Assembly (NCBI GenBank): GCA_965215505.1
Contig: OZ244065.1
Span: 2,688,001-2,752,000 of the forward strand
DNA from: Capsulimonadaceae bacterium
Lineage (GTDB): Bacteria > Armatimonadota > Armatimonadia > Armatimonadales > Capsulimonadaceae
Direction of reading: 5' to 3'
Length of the DNA: 64,000 nucleotides
This document shows positions 36,515 through 46,520 of this stretch, in pieces. The translations under genes and the position numbers were made by a program. A model generated the notes under the pieces. That model had not been told where the DNA came from, did no database searches, and saw only the letters and a program-made list of their open reading frames with translations. Position 1 is the stretch's first letter, and each line of letters starts with the position of its first letter.

Positions 36515-37873
36515 ATGACAGACACACTACTCAACCAACAACACCAGCACCCGCGCCCCGTCGTCGCCAAGTTCGGCGGGTCCTCGGTGGCCGACGCCGA
36601 CCAAGTGCGGAAGATCGCGGCCATCGTCCGGGCGGACCCGCGCCGCCGGTTCGTCGTCGTGTCCGCGCCGGGCAAGCGCAGCGACAAGGACAAGAAGATC
36701 ACCGACCTGCTGTACCTCTGCCACTCGCTCGGCGAGCAGGGCTTGGACAGCAGCGCCCCGTTCGCGGTCATCAAGGAGCGATATCTGGGCATCGCGTCGG
36801 AACTGGGAGTGGCCGGGGCCTGGGAGTGGCTGCGGGACATCGGGCAGCAGATCGCCTCGGGGGCGGCCAAGGACTGGGTCGCCTCGCGCGGCGAGTACCT
36901 GAGCGCGCGCATCATCGCCGACTTCCTGGGGGCCGAGTTCGTGGACGCCGCCGACGGCATCCGCTTCGGGGCGGATGGGCGATTCCACGAGGGCGAGAGC
37001 TACGCCCGGCTCGGCGCGCGGCTGGCCGCCGTCCCCGAAGACAAGATCGCCGTCATTCCGGGCTTCTACGGGCAGGACGCGTTGGGCAAGATCAAGTGCT
37101 TCGGGCGCGGCGGGTCGGACGTCACGGGCGCTATCGTCGCCCGCGCTGTCCACGCCGCCGTGTACGAGAACTGGACCGACGTTTCCGGCCTGCTCATGGC
37201 CGACCCGCGCCTGGTCGAGAATCCCAGCCCCATCGAGGAGATCACCTACCGGGAGCAGCGTGAGCTGTCCTACATGGGCGCGACCGTGCTGCACGACGAG
37301 GCCGTGTTCCCCGTCCGCGAGGCGGGCATCCCCATCCACATCAAGAACACCAACCGCCCCGAGGACGCCGGGACGCAGATCGTCACGCGCCGGGACTCGC
37401 GCGCCACCTCCATCGTCGGAATCGCGGGCCGCAAGGGGTTCGCGACGCTGTTCACCGAGAAGGCGATGATGAACCAGGAGCGCGGCTACGGGCGCAAGGT
37501 GCTGGAGATACTCGAATCGCACGGCATCTCGTATGAACACTCGCCGACCTCCATTGACACCCTCTCGGTCATCGTCACCGACGAGGAACTCGACGGCAAG
37601 GAGCACGAGGTCGTCGCCGAGATCCGCCGCGTCGTCCAGCCCGACCGCATCGAGGTCCAGCGCGACATGGCGATGCTGGCCGTCGTCGGCCAGGGCATGA
37701 TCAGCCGCGTCGGCATCGCCGCCCGCGTCTTCGCCGCCTTGGCCGAGGCGGGGACCAACATCCGCCTGATCAACCAGGGGTCGAGCGAGCTGAACATCAT
37801 CGTCGGCGTCGCGACCGGCGACTACGAAAAGGCCGTCCGCGCCATCTACGCGGCGTTCGTGGAGAAGGAGTGA
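36515..37873 (+). CDS. lysC: Aspartate kinase with C-terminal ACT domains
   Basis: KFGGSSVAD, VVVSAPG, RGGSDVTG, WTDVSGLLMADPR, ELSYMGA.VLH, INQGSSE. Confidence 0.92.
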   Translation: MTDTLLNQQHQHPRPVVAKFGGSSVADADQVRKIAAIVRADPRRRFVVVSAPGKRSDKDKKITDLLYLCHSLGEQGLDSSAPFAVIKERYLGIASELGVAGAWEWLRDIGQQIASGAAKDWVASRGEYLSARIIADFLGAEFVDAADGIRFGADGRFHEGESYARLGARLAAVPEDKIAVIPGFYGQDALGKIKCFGRGGSDVTGAIVARAVHAAVYENWTDVSGLLMADPRLVENPSPIEEITYREQRELSYMGATVLHDEAVFPVREAGIPIHIKNTNRPEDAGTQIVTRRDSRATSIVGIAGRKGFATLFTEKAMMNQERGYGRKVLEILESHGISYEHSPTSIDTLSVIVTDEELDGKEHEVVAEIRRVVQPDRIEVQRDMAMLAVVGQGMISRVGIAARVFAALAEAGTNIRLINQGSSELNIIVGVATGDYEKAVRAIYAAFVEKE

Positions 37874-37876
37874 GCA

Positions 37877-38053
37877 ATGGTCTTGGTGTGGGAAGAAATC
37901 AAATGTGAGTTGACGGAGCAGGGGTTTCTTGCCGCCTCGCCGCCCGCGGCACTGAGAGCCAAAGTCCCAGGCGGATGGTTCATCCGAGTCGCTGCTGGAG
38001 CGTTCTTCTATCCCGACCCGGAACACGAATGGGACGGGTCTTCGCTGCCGTAG
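37877..38053 (+). CDS. Small hypothetical protein, 58 aa (MVLVWEEIKCELTEQGFLAASPPAALRAKVPGGWFIRVAAGAFFYPDPEHEWDGSSLP)
   Basis: Read by hand; AAGGAG RBS 6 nt upstream; RAKVPGGW...FYPDP.H.W motif. Confidence 0.7.
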   Translation: MVLVWEEIKCELTEQGFLAASPPAALRAKVPGGWFIRVAAGAFFYPDPEHEWDGSSLP

Positions 38054-38081
38054 GGGTACAATCAAGTCAGGAGACTGCCTG

Positions 38082-38660
38082 ATGAACACACCGGAAGCAA
38101 TGCGGACTGACGGCAAACTCGCACAAGAACTGGAAACCTACTACACCCACAAGGCCAAATTGCTCGCAGAGGCCGAGGGAAAGTTCGTCCTCATCAAAGG
38201 GGAACAGATCGTCGGCATCTATGAGACCGAGAAAGAGGCGTTCGATGAGGGCCTTCGGCGGTTCCGCATGACGGGCTACCTGGCGCGAAAGATACACCAG
38301 GGCGAGAAGACGATCTACATCGGCGGCGGCGGGCCGGAGTATGTTGTCTCGACTCCGGGTGAAGACCCTATGGAACTGACAGAACTGCTCCAGGAGAAGC
38401 GCGACGACATCTTACGCATCGCGGGCCGGCACGGGGCCTCCAATGTGCGCGTCTTCGGCTCCGTCAGCCGGGGTGAGGGCGGGCCGGACAGTGACGTGGA
38501 TATTCTGGTGGACGTCGGCCCAAAGCCGTCCCCCTGGTTCCCGGCGGGGCTGGCCCTTGACCTGGAAGACCTGCTCGGTCGTAGGGTGGATGTCGCCACG
38601 CCCAACGCCTTGCACTGGTTCATCCGTGACCGCGTTCTGAGCGAAGCAAAGCCCCTATAA
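38082..38660 (+). CDS. Minimal nucleotidyltransferase antitoxin (MntA-like, from ATG 38370) fused in frame to an N-terminal DUF5678-like domain
   Basis: C-half VRVFGSVSRGE...DSDVDILV, LEDLLGRRVD; N-half GKFVLIKGEQIVGIYETEKEA; AGGAG RBS before 38082. Confidence 0.8.
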   Translation: MNTPEAMRTDGKLAQELETYYTHKAKLLAEAEGKFVLIKGEQIVGIYETEKEAFDEGLRRFRMTGYLARKIHQGEKTIYIGGGGPEYVVSTPGEDPMELTELLQEKRDDILRIAGRHGASNVRVFGSVSRGEGGPDSDVDILVDVGPKPSPWFPAGLALDLEDLLGRRVDVATPNALHWFIRDRVLSEAKPL

Positions 38661-38667
38661 GCCCACT

Positions 38668-39015
38668 ATGTCAACGAGCCGGGATAGCCTATACCTGATC
38701 CACATCCGCGAATGCCTGGCGCGCGTCACCGAATACACCTCTGGCGGTCGCGAGGAGTTCATGGAAGACACCAGGACGCAGGATGCCGTCCTGCGGAACC
38801 TACAGGTCATGGGCGAATCCACTCAGCGACTCTCGGACGCGCTCAAGGCCGCCAACGCGCAGGTGCAGTGGCGTGATCTGGCGGCCTTCCGGAACATCCT
38901 GGTCCACAACTATCTGGGGATGGACCTGGCGCAAATATGGCAAATCATCACGGATGACCTTCCGCCGTTTGAACGGCAGATCGCGGCCATGATCCAGAGC
39001 ATGAACCCCACCTGA
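38668..39015 (+). CDS. DUF86 / HepT-type HEPN RNase toxin
   Basis: YL.HI.E, DAVLRNLQVMGE, W......RNILVHNY (R-X4-H-X-Y). Confidence 0.9.
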   Translation: MSTSRDSLYLIHIRECLARVTEYTSGGREEFMEDTRTQDAVLRNLQVMGESTQRLSDALKAANAQVQWRDLAAFRNILVHNYLGMDLAQIWQIITDDLPPFERQIAAMIQSMNPT

Positions 39016-39806
39016 TGCAAGTCTCTTCCACATACCTCGTCGTCGGCGCGTCCAGCGGGATCGGGCGCTCGCTCGCGCTGGCACTGGCGCGCGAGGGCAA
39101 GCACGTCGCCCTGGTCGGGCGCAGCGAGGAGCGGCTGGCCAGGGTGGCGCGCGAGGTCGTGATGTTCGGCGGGACGCCCCTCGTCCTGGTGTCGGACGTG
39201 CGCGACCCAGTCTCCATCCAGGCGGCCGTGGCCCAGGTCGTGCTGCGCGGGCAGCGGATCGAGACGGCGATTCTGTCACAGGGCGTAGGGCTGGGGGTGG
39301 ACGCCGAGGAGTTCAGCGCGGACACCCTGGAGACCATGCTGGCCGTCAACGTCCTGGGCGTCGCCCGCTGGCTGGAAGCCTTGCAGCCGGTACTGAAAGC
39401 CCAGCCGGGCGGGGCAACGGTGGGTGTCGTGTCCAGCCTGTCGGCGGACAGGTCGTTCCCCGGCGCGGGCGCGGGCTACTCGGCCAGCAAGGCGGCCGTC
39501 AGCCAGCTCTGCGACGGCCTGCGCGCGCCGTGGGCCGCGCAGGGCATCCGGCTGGTGACGGTCGCGCCGGGCTTCGTCCGCACCCCGATGACGGCCTCGC
39601 AGTCCTGGCTGCCGTTCCTGATGGAACCCGAGGACGCCGCGCGTGTTATACTGAATGGTCTGCGTGCCGGGAAGAGCGTCGTCCGGTTCCCGCAGTCGGC
39701 GTCGCTGGCGATGGCCGCCGTGCGCCGGCTGCCGCCGCGCGTGCTGGACCTGCTGTACCGCATCCCCGTCGGGGGCGCGGGAACAGACGGCGGCCCGGCA
39801 TCGTAG
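39015..39806 (+). CDS. Short-chain dehydrogenase/reductase
   Basis: GASSGIG, YSASKAA, APGFVRTPM. Confidence 0.9.
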   Translation: MQVSSTYLVVGASSGIGRSLALALAREGKHVALVGRSEERLARVAREVVMFGGTPLVLVSDVRDPVSIQAAVAQVVLRGQRIETAILSQGVGLGVDAEEFSADTLETMLAVNVLGVARWLEALQPVLKAQPGGATVGVVSSLSADRSFPGAGAGYSASKAAVSQLCDGLRAPWAAQGIRLVTVAPGFVRTPMTASQSWLPFLMEPEDAARVILNGLRAGKSVVRFPQSASLAMAAVRRLPPRVLDLLYRIPVGGAGTDGGPAS

Positions 39807-39839
39807 ACAGACTGTGAGAAACCGAGGAGCATAACCGTA

Positions 39840-40574
39840 GTGACAAAGACCCCTTCAACGATTTTAACCCTGGCCGCGCTGGCGGCTCTCGCCGTCCCCG
39901 CCGCCCGTGCCGACCTCAAGGTGGTGCAGACACTCCACATTGACAGCCCGCAGCTCAAAGCCTACATGGACTCGATGACGCCCCAGCAGCGGGCACAGAT
40001 GAGCCGTTCCGGCAACCCGCTCCTCAGCGGTGCCCCGCAGGTGACGACTCTGTACCTACGCGGCGGCAAGTCACGCGCGGATGTCGGCGGCGTGACCTAT
40101 CTCTCGGATGCGGCGACGAACCAGACGACGGTGATCAACCGGCGCAGCCACACCTACACGACCATGCAGACGCCGTCCCCCACAGCGGGCGCGGGCCAGG
40201 TGACGGCCACGGTCAAGGACACCGGCCAGACGAAGATGATCCAGGGCCACCCCTCCCGCCACTACCTGATGTCGGCGACATTGGCCGCCCAGCCCGGTAC
40301 GGTCATCCAGGGCGACATCTGGGCCGCCCAAGACCTCCCCCGGCTCACCCTGCCGGCCAGTAGCCAGGGTCCACTGGCCGTGATGCAGGGCCTGATTCGG
40401 AAGGTCAACGGCTTCCCCCTGAAGACGACGTTCGCCGTCACCGGCAGCCCGCTCGGCAGCACGACGGCCACGACCTCGGTCGTGTCCGTGTCCAAGGCCA
40501 CCCTGCCCGCCTCCGACTTCGCCGTCCCGGCGGGGTACGCGAAGTCCGCCGCCGGCATGGGCGGGGGGCAGTAG
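39840..40574 (+). CDS. Secreted DUF4412-like protein
   Basis: Signal peptide (ARA-D); DTGQTKMIQG, GFPLK, LPASDFAVPAGY; GAGGAG RBS before GTG. Confidence 0.7.
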   Translation: MTKTPSTILTLAALAALAVPAARADLKVVQTLHIDSPQLKAYMDSMTPQQRAQMSRSGNPLLSGAPQVTTLYLRGGKSRADVGGVTYLSDAATNQTTVINRRSHTYTTMQTPSPTAGAGQVTATVKDTGQTKMIQGHPSRHYLMSATLAAQPGTVIQGDIWAAQDLPRLTLPASSQGPLAVMQGLIRKVNGFPLKTTFAVTGSPLGSTTATTSVVSVSKATLPASDFAVPAGYAKSAAGMGGGQ

Positions 40575-40649
40575 GGAAGCAGCAGGAGAAGAGGGCGCAG
40601 GCGGAGAAGGAGGGCGCACACGCAGGTGCGCCCTTTCCCCTCTAGCCGC

Positions 40650-41621
40650 CTAGAGCCGTGCCGCGAAGAACTTCTGCAAGGCCGGATAAACTACTTCGGG
40701 CGGCGGGACGTGCCCGTACTGGTCGAACCAGACGATCTGCTTCGGATCGCGGGCGGCCTCGTAAAGCTCTTGCTGGGCGGGGACGACGATCGTCGTGTCT
40801 TTGCGCCCCCCCAGCATCAGCAGCGCGCGCGGCGCGATGTGCGGGGCGAAGGTGAGCGGGTCCTCCGGGGCCAGTTGGACGCTAACCTGGTCCCAATCTA
40901 TGCCCTTGAGGTTCGCCGTGCTGCGCCCGCCGACCTCAGTCCGGTTCGCGGACAGCGTCTTCAGGATCAGCCCCCAATCCCCCCCGCCCGAGATCAGAGC
41001 GGTCGCCTTGATGCGCGGGTCTATGCCCGCCGCCACCGTACCAATGATCGCCCCCAGCGAAATGCCCGCCAGGCCGACATGCGCCTTGCTGATGTCGGGC
41101 CGCGTCCCCAGATAATCCAGCCCGCGCCGGACGTCTAGCGCTGACTGATGCACCGTCTTCGCCACCTCCTCGGCGGGCGCCAGATCGGACGGTTTGGCGG
41201 GCGTCCGCTCGCCCTGCCCGTACTCGTCAATCGCCAGCGAGGCGTACCCCGACTTGGCCGCGAACAGCGCCAGGCCCGCCATGGTTTCCTTGCTGCCGCC
41301 CAGCCCATGCAACAGCACCAGGCACGGGGCGGGGTGCGCCGCCGAGGCGCGCGGCGGCGTGAACAGGAGGGCGGGGACGCGCTGGCCGTTCGCGCTGAGG
41401 TAGGAAAAGCGCAGCAGGCGCGCGCCGGTGATGGCGCGCGTCTCGACGGTCTTGACGGCCAGGGCGGGATGGGCGTCGTCCGCGTAGGACGGCAAGGCCT
41501 TCTGGTAGATGGCGGCCCGGTCTATGGAGATCGCCACCTGGGCGCGGGCGGGGATCATCGGGGCGCAGAGGGTGAGGCACAGGCCGAGAAGCCCCGCCGT
41601 CGCGTCTAGTTTCATCGTCAT
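40650..41621 (-). CDS. Secreted alpha/beta hydrolase (acetyl xylan esterase/dienelactone hydrolase-like)
   Basis: VPALLFTP, LLHGLGG, RRGLDYL.TRPD, GISLG, DP, GH. Confidence 0.8.
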   Translation of the reverse strand: MTMKLDATAGLLGLCLTLCAPMIPARAQVAISIDRAAIYQKALPSYADDAHPALAVKTVETRAITGARLLRFSYLSANGQRVPALLFTPPRASAAHPAPCLVLLHGLGGSKETMAGLALFAAKSGYASLAIDEYGQGERTPAKPSDLAPAEEVAKTVHQSALDVRRGLDYLGTRPDISKAHVGLAGISLGAIIGTVAAGIDPRIKATALISGGGDWGLILKTLSANRTEVGGRSTANLKGIDWDQVSVQLAPEDPLTFAPHIAPRALLMLGGRKDTTIVVPAQQELYEAARDPKQIVWFDQYGHVPPPEVVYPALQKFFAARL

Positions 41622-42355
41622 AGCACGTTCCTCAAAATCGCCTGTAACCTCTCGTAATCGTTCGCCATAAGCTTCGCCAGTGTTTGCCCCGCGCGCAGCA
41701 GGAACGCCTGATCGTCCGGGTGCGACTCGCGCGCCTGCCGCAAGCAGGCCGCCGCCAATTCATCGGACGGTACACCCGCCAGCGCGCCGCCCGAGGGCAG
41801 AAGGATAGACCGCAGAAACGACAGGTCTTCAGTCAAAGCCATCGTTTCACCCGGCGTACACGGGTAGACCCGGCTGTGGATGCGCGGCGGCAGGGGCGGC
41901 AAATGCCGGCGCAGCGGCTTGTCGCCGCCCTCGCTGTAGGCGATCAGCAGGCCCGAGAACTCCGTCCGCAGCAGCTCGAATATCTGGGGCTGCCGCTTTC
42001 GCATTTCTTCCTCGTCCTCGAACCCCAGCGCGGAGGGACGCCGGTTCGGCTCCAAGGAGGCCGTGTTCGCGCCGTAGACCAGGGCGTAGACGGCGGGGGC
42101 CAGCCCCGCCCCCATACTCCTCGACCGTGGCGCGGGATCGTCAAACGGCAGCGCGAACGGGTCATCCTCTTCCTCTAACGCGGCAAACGTCGCGGGCGTC
42201 TCCGCCACGGGCGAGGGCCTGCCGATCTTGACGAACGAGCCGAAGGGCGGCGGGTCGTAGAGGCGCGGGACGATCTCGCGCGGCACTTCCAAGCACTGCG
42301 CGATGAAAGCGGTCGTCCCCACCTCGATGACTTCGCCGATGGGCTTGTCGGTCAC
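41618..42355 (-). CDS. HAS-barrel domain-containing protein
   Basis: IGEVIE..TT.F.AQC, PPFGSFVK, RRP.ALG, QPQIFELLRTEF, LPP.PPRIH..VY.C. Confidence 0.7.
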   Translation of the reverse strand: MTDKPIGEVIEVGTTAFIAQCLEVPREIVPRLYDPPPFGSFVKIGRPSPVAETPATFAALEEEDDPFALPFDDPAPRSRSMGAGLAPAVYALVYGANTASLEPNRRPSALGFEDEEEMRKRQPQIFELLRTEFSGLLIAYSEGGDKPLRRHLPPLPPRIHSRVYPCTPGETMALTEDLSFLRSILLPSGGALAGVPSDELAAACLRQARESHPDDQAFLLRAGQTLAKLMANDYERLQAILRNVL

Positions 42356-44343
42356 TTCGCGGCCTCGATTTTCAGGTCGCTGAACTGGGCGAAGTTCCAG
42401 CCGCTCCCCAGACCGACCAGTCCGGCAGAATAGGCGGTGTCATTAACCGTGCAGACGGTCTTGCCGTCCACGATCCCCGTCACGACCGGGCCACGGAAGG
42501 TCAAGCCCAGGGTGTGCCACTGGTTCGCGGAGAAGGGCGTGGTTCCCTGGGCGATCACGGTCTTGAAGCTCTTCAGCACCCACGCGCCGCTGTCCTGGAC
42601 CCGCAGCGTGTAGCCGGGCGGGTCATCGCGGTTGTCGTTGGGGATGGGGTTGATGCGCCCGTGGATCGAGACCGCCCCCGCATCCTCGATGTAGACAGCG
42701 GCGCTGGCCGAGTAGTCTTTCCAGTCGCCCGACCCCAGGAACGTCAGCGGCACGAAGGAGCCGCCCCAGCCGCTGGCGGACTTCGTCGCCGCCTGCCGCA
42801 GACACTCCCCGGTCCCGACGGCCTTGGGCGCGATCTCGAAGGCCCCCTCATAGTCGTAATGGTAGCGGGCCTGCGCGCCCAGTTTATACCCCTGGTAATC
42901 ATCGGCATAGGGCAGTGCCAGGGAGGCATCGGGCGGCGCATCAGGATAGCTGCCCTTGCGCTGGCCGCGCGTCGTGGTGATCGAATAGATGGTATTGGGG
43001 TCCAGCGTCAGCGTGAACGCGCCCGCGACGGGCTTGATGTCGCCCGCGTGAACGAACTGCGCCGCCACCGTGCTTTTCCAGACGTGCAGGACGCCCGGCG
43101 ACAGCCCGTGGACGGCCTGGAAGCGGACCGTCTGCGGGCCAGACGCCGCCTGGGTTTCGGCGATCATGCTGTAATCGCCGCCGCGCGGCGACGCCATGGT
43201 CGTGAAGGTGCCGCCGCCCGGCAGGGGGCCGCTGCCGCCGCCGTCCAGGAAACGCCAGCCGGGCTGGACGAACTGGTTGACGTGCGCGTAGCCCCAGACC
43301 ACCGGCAGCACCTCGTAGTGGCCACTCCAGGGCGAGATCGCCCGGATCATGCCGACATCGGGGTAGGACGAAACGGGGTAGTAGGACCAGACCAGGTTCC
43401 AGACCATGTCTTTGGTGATCTTGGTCCTGATGTAGTTGGTGTTGAAGGCGTTGACCAGCGAGATCTCCGCCTTGAACCCGAGCGGCCCGTGCTGATCGCC
43501 GGGGAAGTAGTTGTGCAGCTCGGTGTCCCACAGCGGCTTGCCGGTCTTCAGGATCGCCTCCGAAGCGACGGCGGGGTTTTCCGACCAGGTGACGTGGCCG
43601 GCGTAGACGTTGATGGAGCGGGCCAGGGCGGGGTCGGTCAGCGACTCCTGGGCGCTGTTCAGCCACGGCTGCCCCCAGTCGTCCGAGGCGACGAGTTGGA
43701 CGGACGACAGACCGGCGGCGTCCAGGGCCTCGCGGAACCCGATGTACCAGGACTTGTTGTAGCCCCGCTCGTTCTTGCCGCCGACGCTGACGATGTCCAG
43801 GTTGTGGTACTTCTTGGCCCCCTGGATGAACTTGATGTAGTAGTCCATCATGTCGGGCGACCAGAAGTTGCCGTTGCCGACCCAGCCGGGCGCACCCCAG
43901 GCCAGGCAGTCCAGCGTGATGCGCGGGTCACGCGCCTTCGCCTGTTCCATCAGCCACCACTCGAAGCCGCGGTTATAGTTCTCGTCGCCCCGCACATGCA
44001 TGTGGCTCGGCTCGGAGCCTTCGGTGGAGTTGACATCCCCGCCCACCTCCACCTTGAGTTCGTTCAGCGACGCCCCGAACTGCGGCTTGAACAGATAGTC
44101 GAGGATCTGTTTCCTCTGCGATTCGGGATAGTCCGGCAGCAGCCGGCTCGTGTTCCCCCCGCCGCTGACCGCGCCGAAGCCCTCAAAGGCCCGCCCGGCA
44201 GCGGCCCCGTCCAGCGTGATTGTCAGGGGCGTAGCCGCCGGGGCAGTCTGCGCGCTTGCGGGCAGCGCGGCCATGCCGAGTGTCAGGGCGGCGAAGGCCG
44301 CCGCACAAAGGTGTTTCGATAGGGAGTTAGTGTATGTTTTCAT
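42352..44343 (-). CDS. Secreted glycoside hydrolase family 59 (galactosylceramidase-like)
   Basis: FEGFGAVSGGG.TSRLL.DYPE.QR.QILDYLFKP.FGASL..LKVEVGGD.NSTEGSEPSHM, EWWLMEQAK, QFVQPGW.FL. Confidence 0.9.
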   Translation of the reverse strand: MKTYTNSLSKHLCAAAFAALTLGMAALPASAQTAPAATPLTITLDGAAAGRAFEGFGAVSGGGNTSRLLPDYPESQRKQILDYLFKPQFGASLNELKVEVGGDVNSTEGSEPSHMHVRGDENYNRGFEWWLMEQAKARDPRITLDCLAWGAPGWVGNGNFWSPDMMDYYIKFIQGAKKYHNLDIVSVGGKNERGYNKSWYIGFREALDAAGLSSVQLVASDDWGQPWLNSAQESLTDPALARSINVYAGHVTWSENPAVASEAILKTGKPLWDTELHNYFPGDQHGPLGFKAEISLVNAFNTNYIRTKITKDMVWNLVWSYYPVSSYPDVGMIRAISPWSGHYEVLPVVWGYAHVNQFVQPGWRFLDGGGSGPLPGGGTFTTMASPRGGDYSMIAETQAASGPQTVRFQAVHGLSPGVLHVWKSTVAAQFVHAGDIKPVAGAFTLTLDPNTIYSITTTRGQRKGSYPDAPPDASLALPYADDYQGYKLGAQARYHYDYEGAFEIAPKAVGTGECLRQAATKSASGWGGSFVPLTFLGSGDWKDYSASAAVYIEDAGAVSIHGRINPIPNDNRDDPPGYTLRVQDSGAWVLKSFKTVIAQGTTPFSANQWHTLGLTFRGPVVTGIVDGKTVCTVNDTAYSAGLVGLGSGWNFAQFSDLKIEAAK

Positions 44344-44963
44344 TGAGTCTTTGCCATGAATAAGTTCGCGAGAAGCATGATCAGTGTCCAACCGGAACAC
44401 ACAAAGAACAGCAGAAGAACGGTATAGAACACATAGCGGGTCGTTCTTTTCGTCTGATTGGCACGGTACGCCGTGCGGGCTTCTTTGTCCTCCTCCGTCT
44501 CTTTCCAGAAGTCCTCGTCCCCCGTCCACTCAGTGGGTGCGATGTGTCTGGGCTTGCCCCGCTTCAGACGTGGCAGAACCGCCGGCCGCTGCCATTGGTC
44601 CGGTGCCTGCCACCCCCGCCCCACCTCCACCAGTCTTAGCTCGGCGCGCTGAAGTTGGATTGCGGCCAGTCGGTTCTCTTCTTCCGCTAAACCGATTTGC
44701 GCCTGTTCCTGCGCCAGCAAGCGTTCCTCTTCCAGCCGCCGCGCCCGGACTTCGACCAGGAGCCGCTGGACCTCCTCGACGGGGATGTCCAGGCCCTCGG
44801 CCACGTCCGGTACGGCGGGATGGTCGGTCAGGCCCGTCTGCTCGACGCGCTCCCGCTGCCACAGGTCAATGACGGCACGGGACTCGTCCGCCGTCAGGCG
44901 CTGCGCCCGGAGCTGGGATTGAGGCGGGAGGTTCGGGTTGTCGTGTCGCAGGCCCATTGCCAT
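44340..44963 (-). CDS. Hypothetical membrane protein with coiled coil and C-terminal TM
   Basis: DVAEGLDIPVEEVQRLL, heptad region, terminal hydrophobic helix; 4-nt overlap with the GH59 gene. Confidence 0.6.
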   Translation of the reverse strand: MAMGLRHDNPNLPPQSQLRAQRLTADESRAVIDLWQRERVEQTGLTDHPAVPDVAEGLDIPVEEVQRLLVEVRARRLEEERLLAQEQAQIGLAEEENRLAAIQLQRAELRLVEVGRGWQAPDQWQRPAVLPRLKRGKPRHIAPTEWTGDEDFWKETEEDKEARTAYRANQTKRTTRYVFYTVLLLFFVCSGWTLIMLLANLFMAKTQ

Positions 44964-45089
44964 TGTTATACCCGATGGAGGCAGGCGACGAGTCCAGGGG
45001 GCGTCATATGGACATCAGACCAGGGCATTAATACGGGAGGGCGGGGGGACCCCGCCCTCCTCCCGATTTCCGCCCTCCTTATCCCCGTC

Positions 45090-46520
45090 CTACCCCGGCG
45101 TCCGCGCCGCTGGATACCGGAACCGCACCTCGCCCGGAGCCGCCTTGTCGCCCGGCTTGCCGCCATCGTACTTGCCTTCCGGCCCGGCGCTGTAGACGAC
45201 AAACCCGTCCGCGCCCTCCCGCCGGTACAGGAGCGGCTTGCTGGTATAGGGGTCAACGAACGGCATGGGGAGCGCCTCCGGGAACGTCCCCGCCTTCGCC
45301 CGCGCGGCCATAACAGCCGCGCCGGCCAGTGTCACCTCCTCTTGTGTGACCCGGCGCGTCTCGTTCCCCTCGACTTTGGTGAACGTGGGCAGGACGGTAT
45401 CCGGGAGCAGGGTCAAGACAGTCGGGTGCGCGGCGTCCGAGGCGGCGGCATCCTGTTCAAACGCCTGACGGCGCGGGATGGGCGTCAGGTCGGACGCGGC
45501 GATGAGAAAACGCATTCGGGTGAGGATGATCGCCTCGCTCTCGTCCAGCCAGTCCTGCGTCAAGCGGCGTTCGGCGGGCGTGCCCGGCGTCAGCCGCTTC
45601 AGTGAGGGGTCGTTCGCGTTGACGAGGAGCCGCGCCATGCCCGGCAGGCCGTCTTTCTTTAAGCCTTCGCGCATCTTGCGAAAGGCGACCGTCGGGACGG
45701 CGATCTCTCCGGTCAAGGCGTAGCGCAGGGACAGGCGCGGGCGGACGGGTCCGAGCGCCTGACGCACCGCCTCGGCCACGGCGGCGTCCGGCCCGGCCTG
45801 GTCCAGAAGGGCGCGCATCCCGTTGAGCGTGATCGCCTCGCAGGCGTTGCCGACGAGGTAGCTGAGGAGGATGGGGTCGGACGCAGCGTGTTCGGCGACA
45901 CGCAGGCCGCGTGCCTGGTTCCTGACCGCCTCCACATACTTCCCCTGCGCGGCCAGCAGGAACGTCTCGGTTTGTACCAGCCGCGCGGCCTCGCGCATCC
46001 TCTGGAACTCAGGGAACAGGACGCCGTAGCCCCGTGACCAATCGCGCGTCCAGACGCACTGGGGCCGGTCCGTCGCCTGGTGCAGCAGCCCCCAGACGTC
46101 TGGGCGGCTGTCATAGACCTTTTGCACGGCGGCGATCTGCTCGGGCGTGTAGGTGTGGTCCCCCGTCAGCGGCTGGGCGTAGACCGGCAGGTCCACGGGC
46201 CTGTCGCGGAGCAGTTGGAACAGCTTCGTGTACAGCGGCGCGGCGTTCGACTCCTCCGGCGGCAGCGGCCTTTGCAGGCGGGCGGGGTCGAGCGAGAAGC
46301 CGTCTTTCGCGACTTCGGCCCGCGCCCGCGCGAGGTCGGCGGGTCCGGACATGATCTGCCGACGCAGGGCAACGCTGCGCGGGTCGGTCGCGGTTTCCAG
46401 TCTGTGCAGCACGCCCATCGGGTCGCGCCCGATCTGTTCGGCCGTCTGGGCATGGGCGGTGCCGGTCAGCGTGAGGAGGGCAAAGGCCGCCAGCGGCCGG
46501 CAGCATTTTATAGGTGACAT
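45090..46520 (-). CDS. Secreted hypothetical protein with pseudopilin GspG-like C-terminal motif, paralog 1
   Basis: Signal peptide; NAAPLY, QATDRPQCV, YLVG, DPYTSKPLLYRREG..GFVVYSAGPEGKYDGG. Confidence 0.75.
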   Translation of the reverse strand: MSPIKCCRPLAAFALLTLTGTAHAQTAEQIGRDPMGVLHRLETATDPRSVALRRQIMSGPADLARARAEVAKDGFSLDPARLQRPLPPEESNAAPLYTKLFQLLRDRPVDLPVYAQPLTGDHTYTPEQIAAVQKVYDSRPDVWGLLHQATDRPQCVWTRDWSRGYGVLFPEFQRMREAARLVQTETFLLAAQGKYVEAVRNQARGLRVAEHAASDPILLSYLVGNACEAITLNGMRALLDQAGPDAAVAEAVRQALGPVRPRLSLRYALTGEIAVPTVAFRKMREGLKKDGLPGMARLLVNANDPSLKRLTPGTPAERRLTQDWLDESEAIILTRMRFLIAASDLTPIPRRQAFEQDAAASDAAHPTVLTLLPDTVLPTFTKVEGNETRRVTQEEVTLAGAAVMAARAKAGTFPEALPMPFVDPYTSKPLLYRREGADGFVVYSAGPEGKYDGGKPGDKAAPGEVRFRYPAARTPG

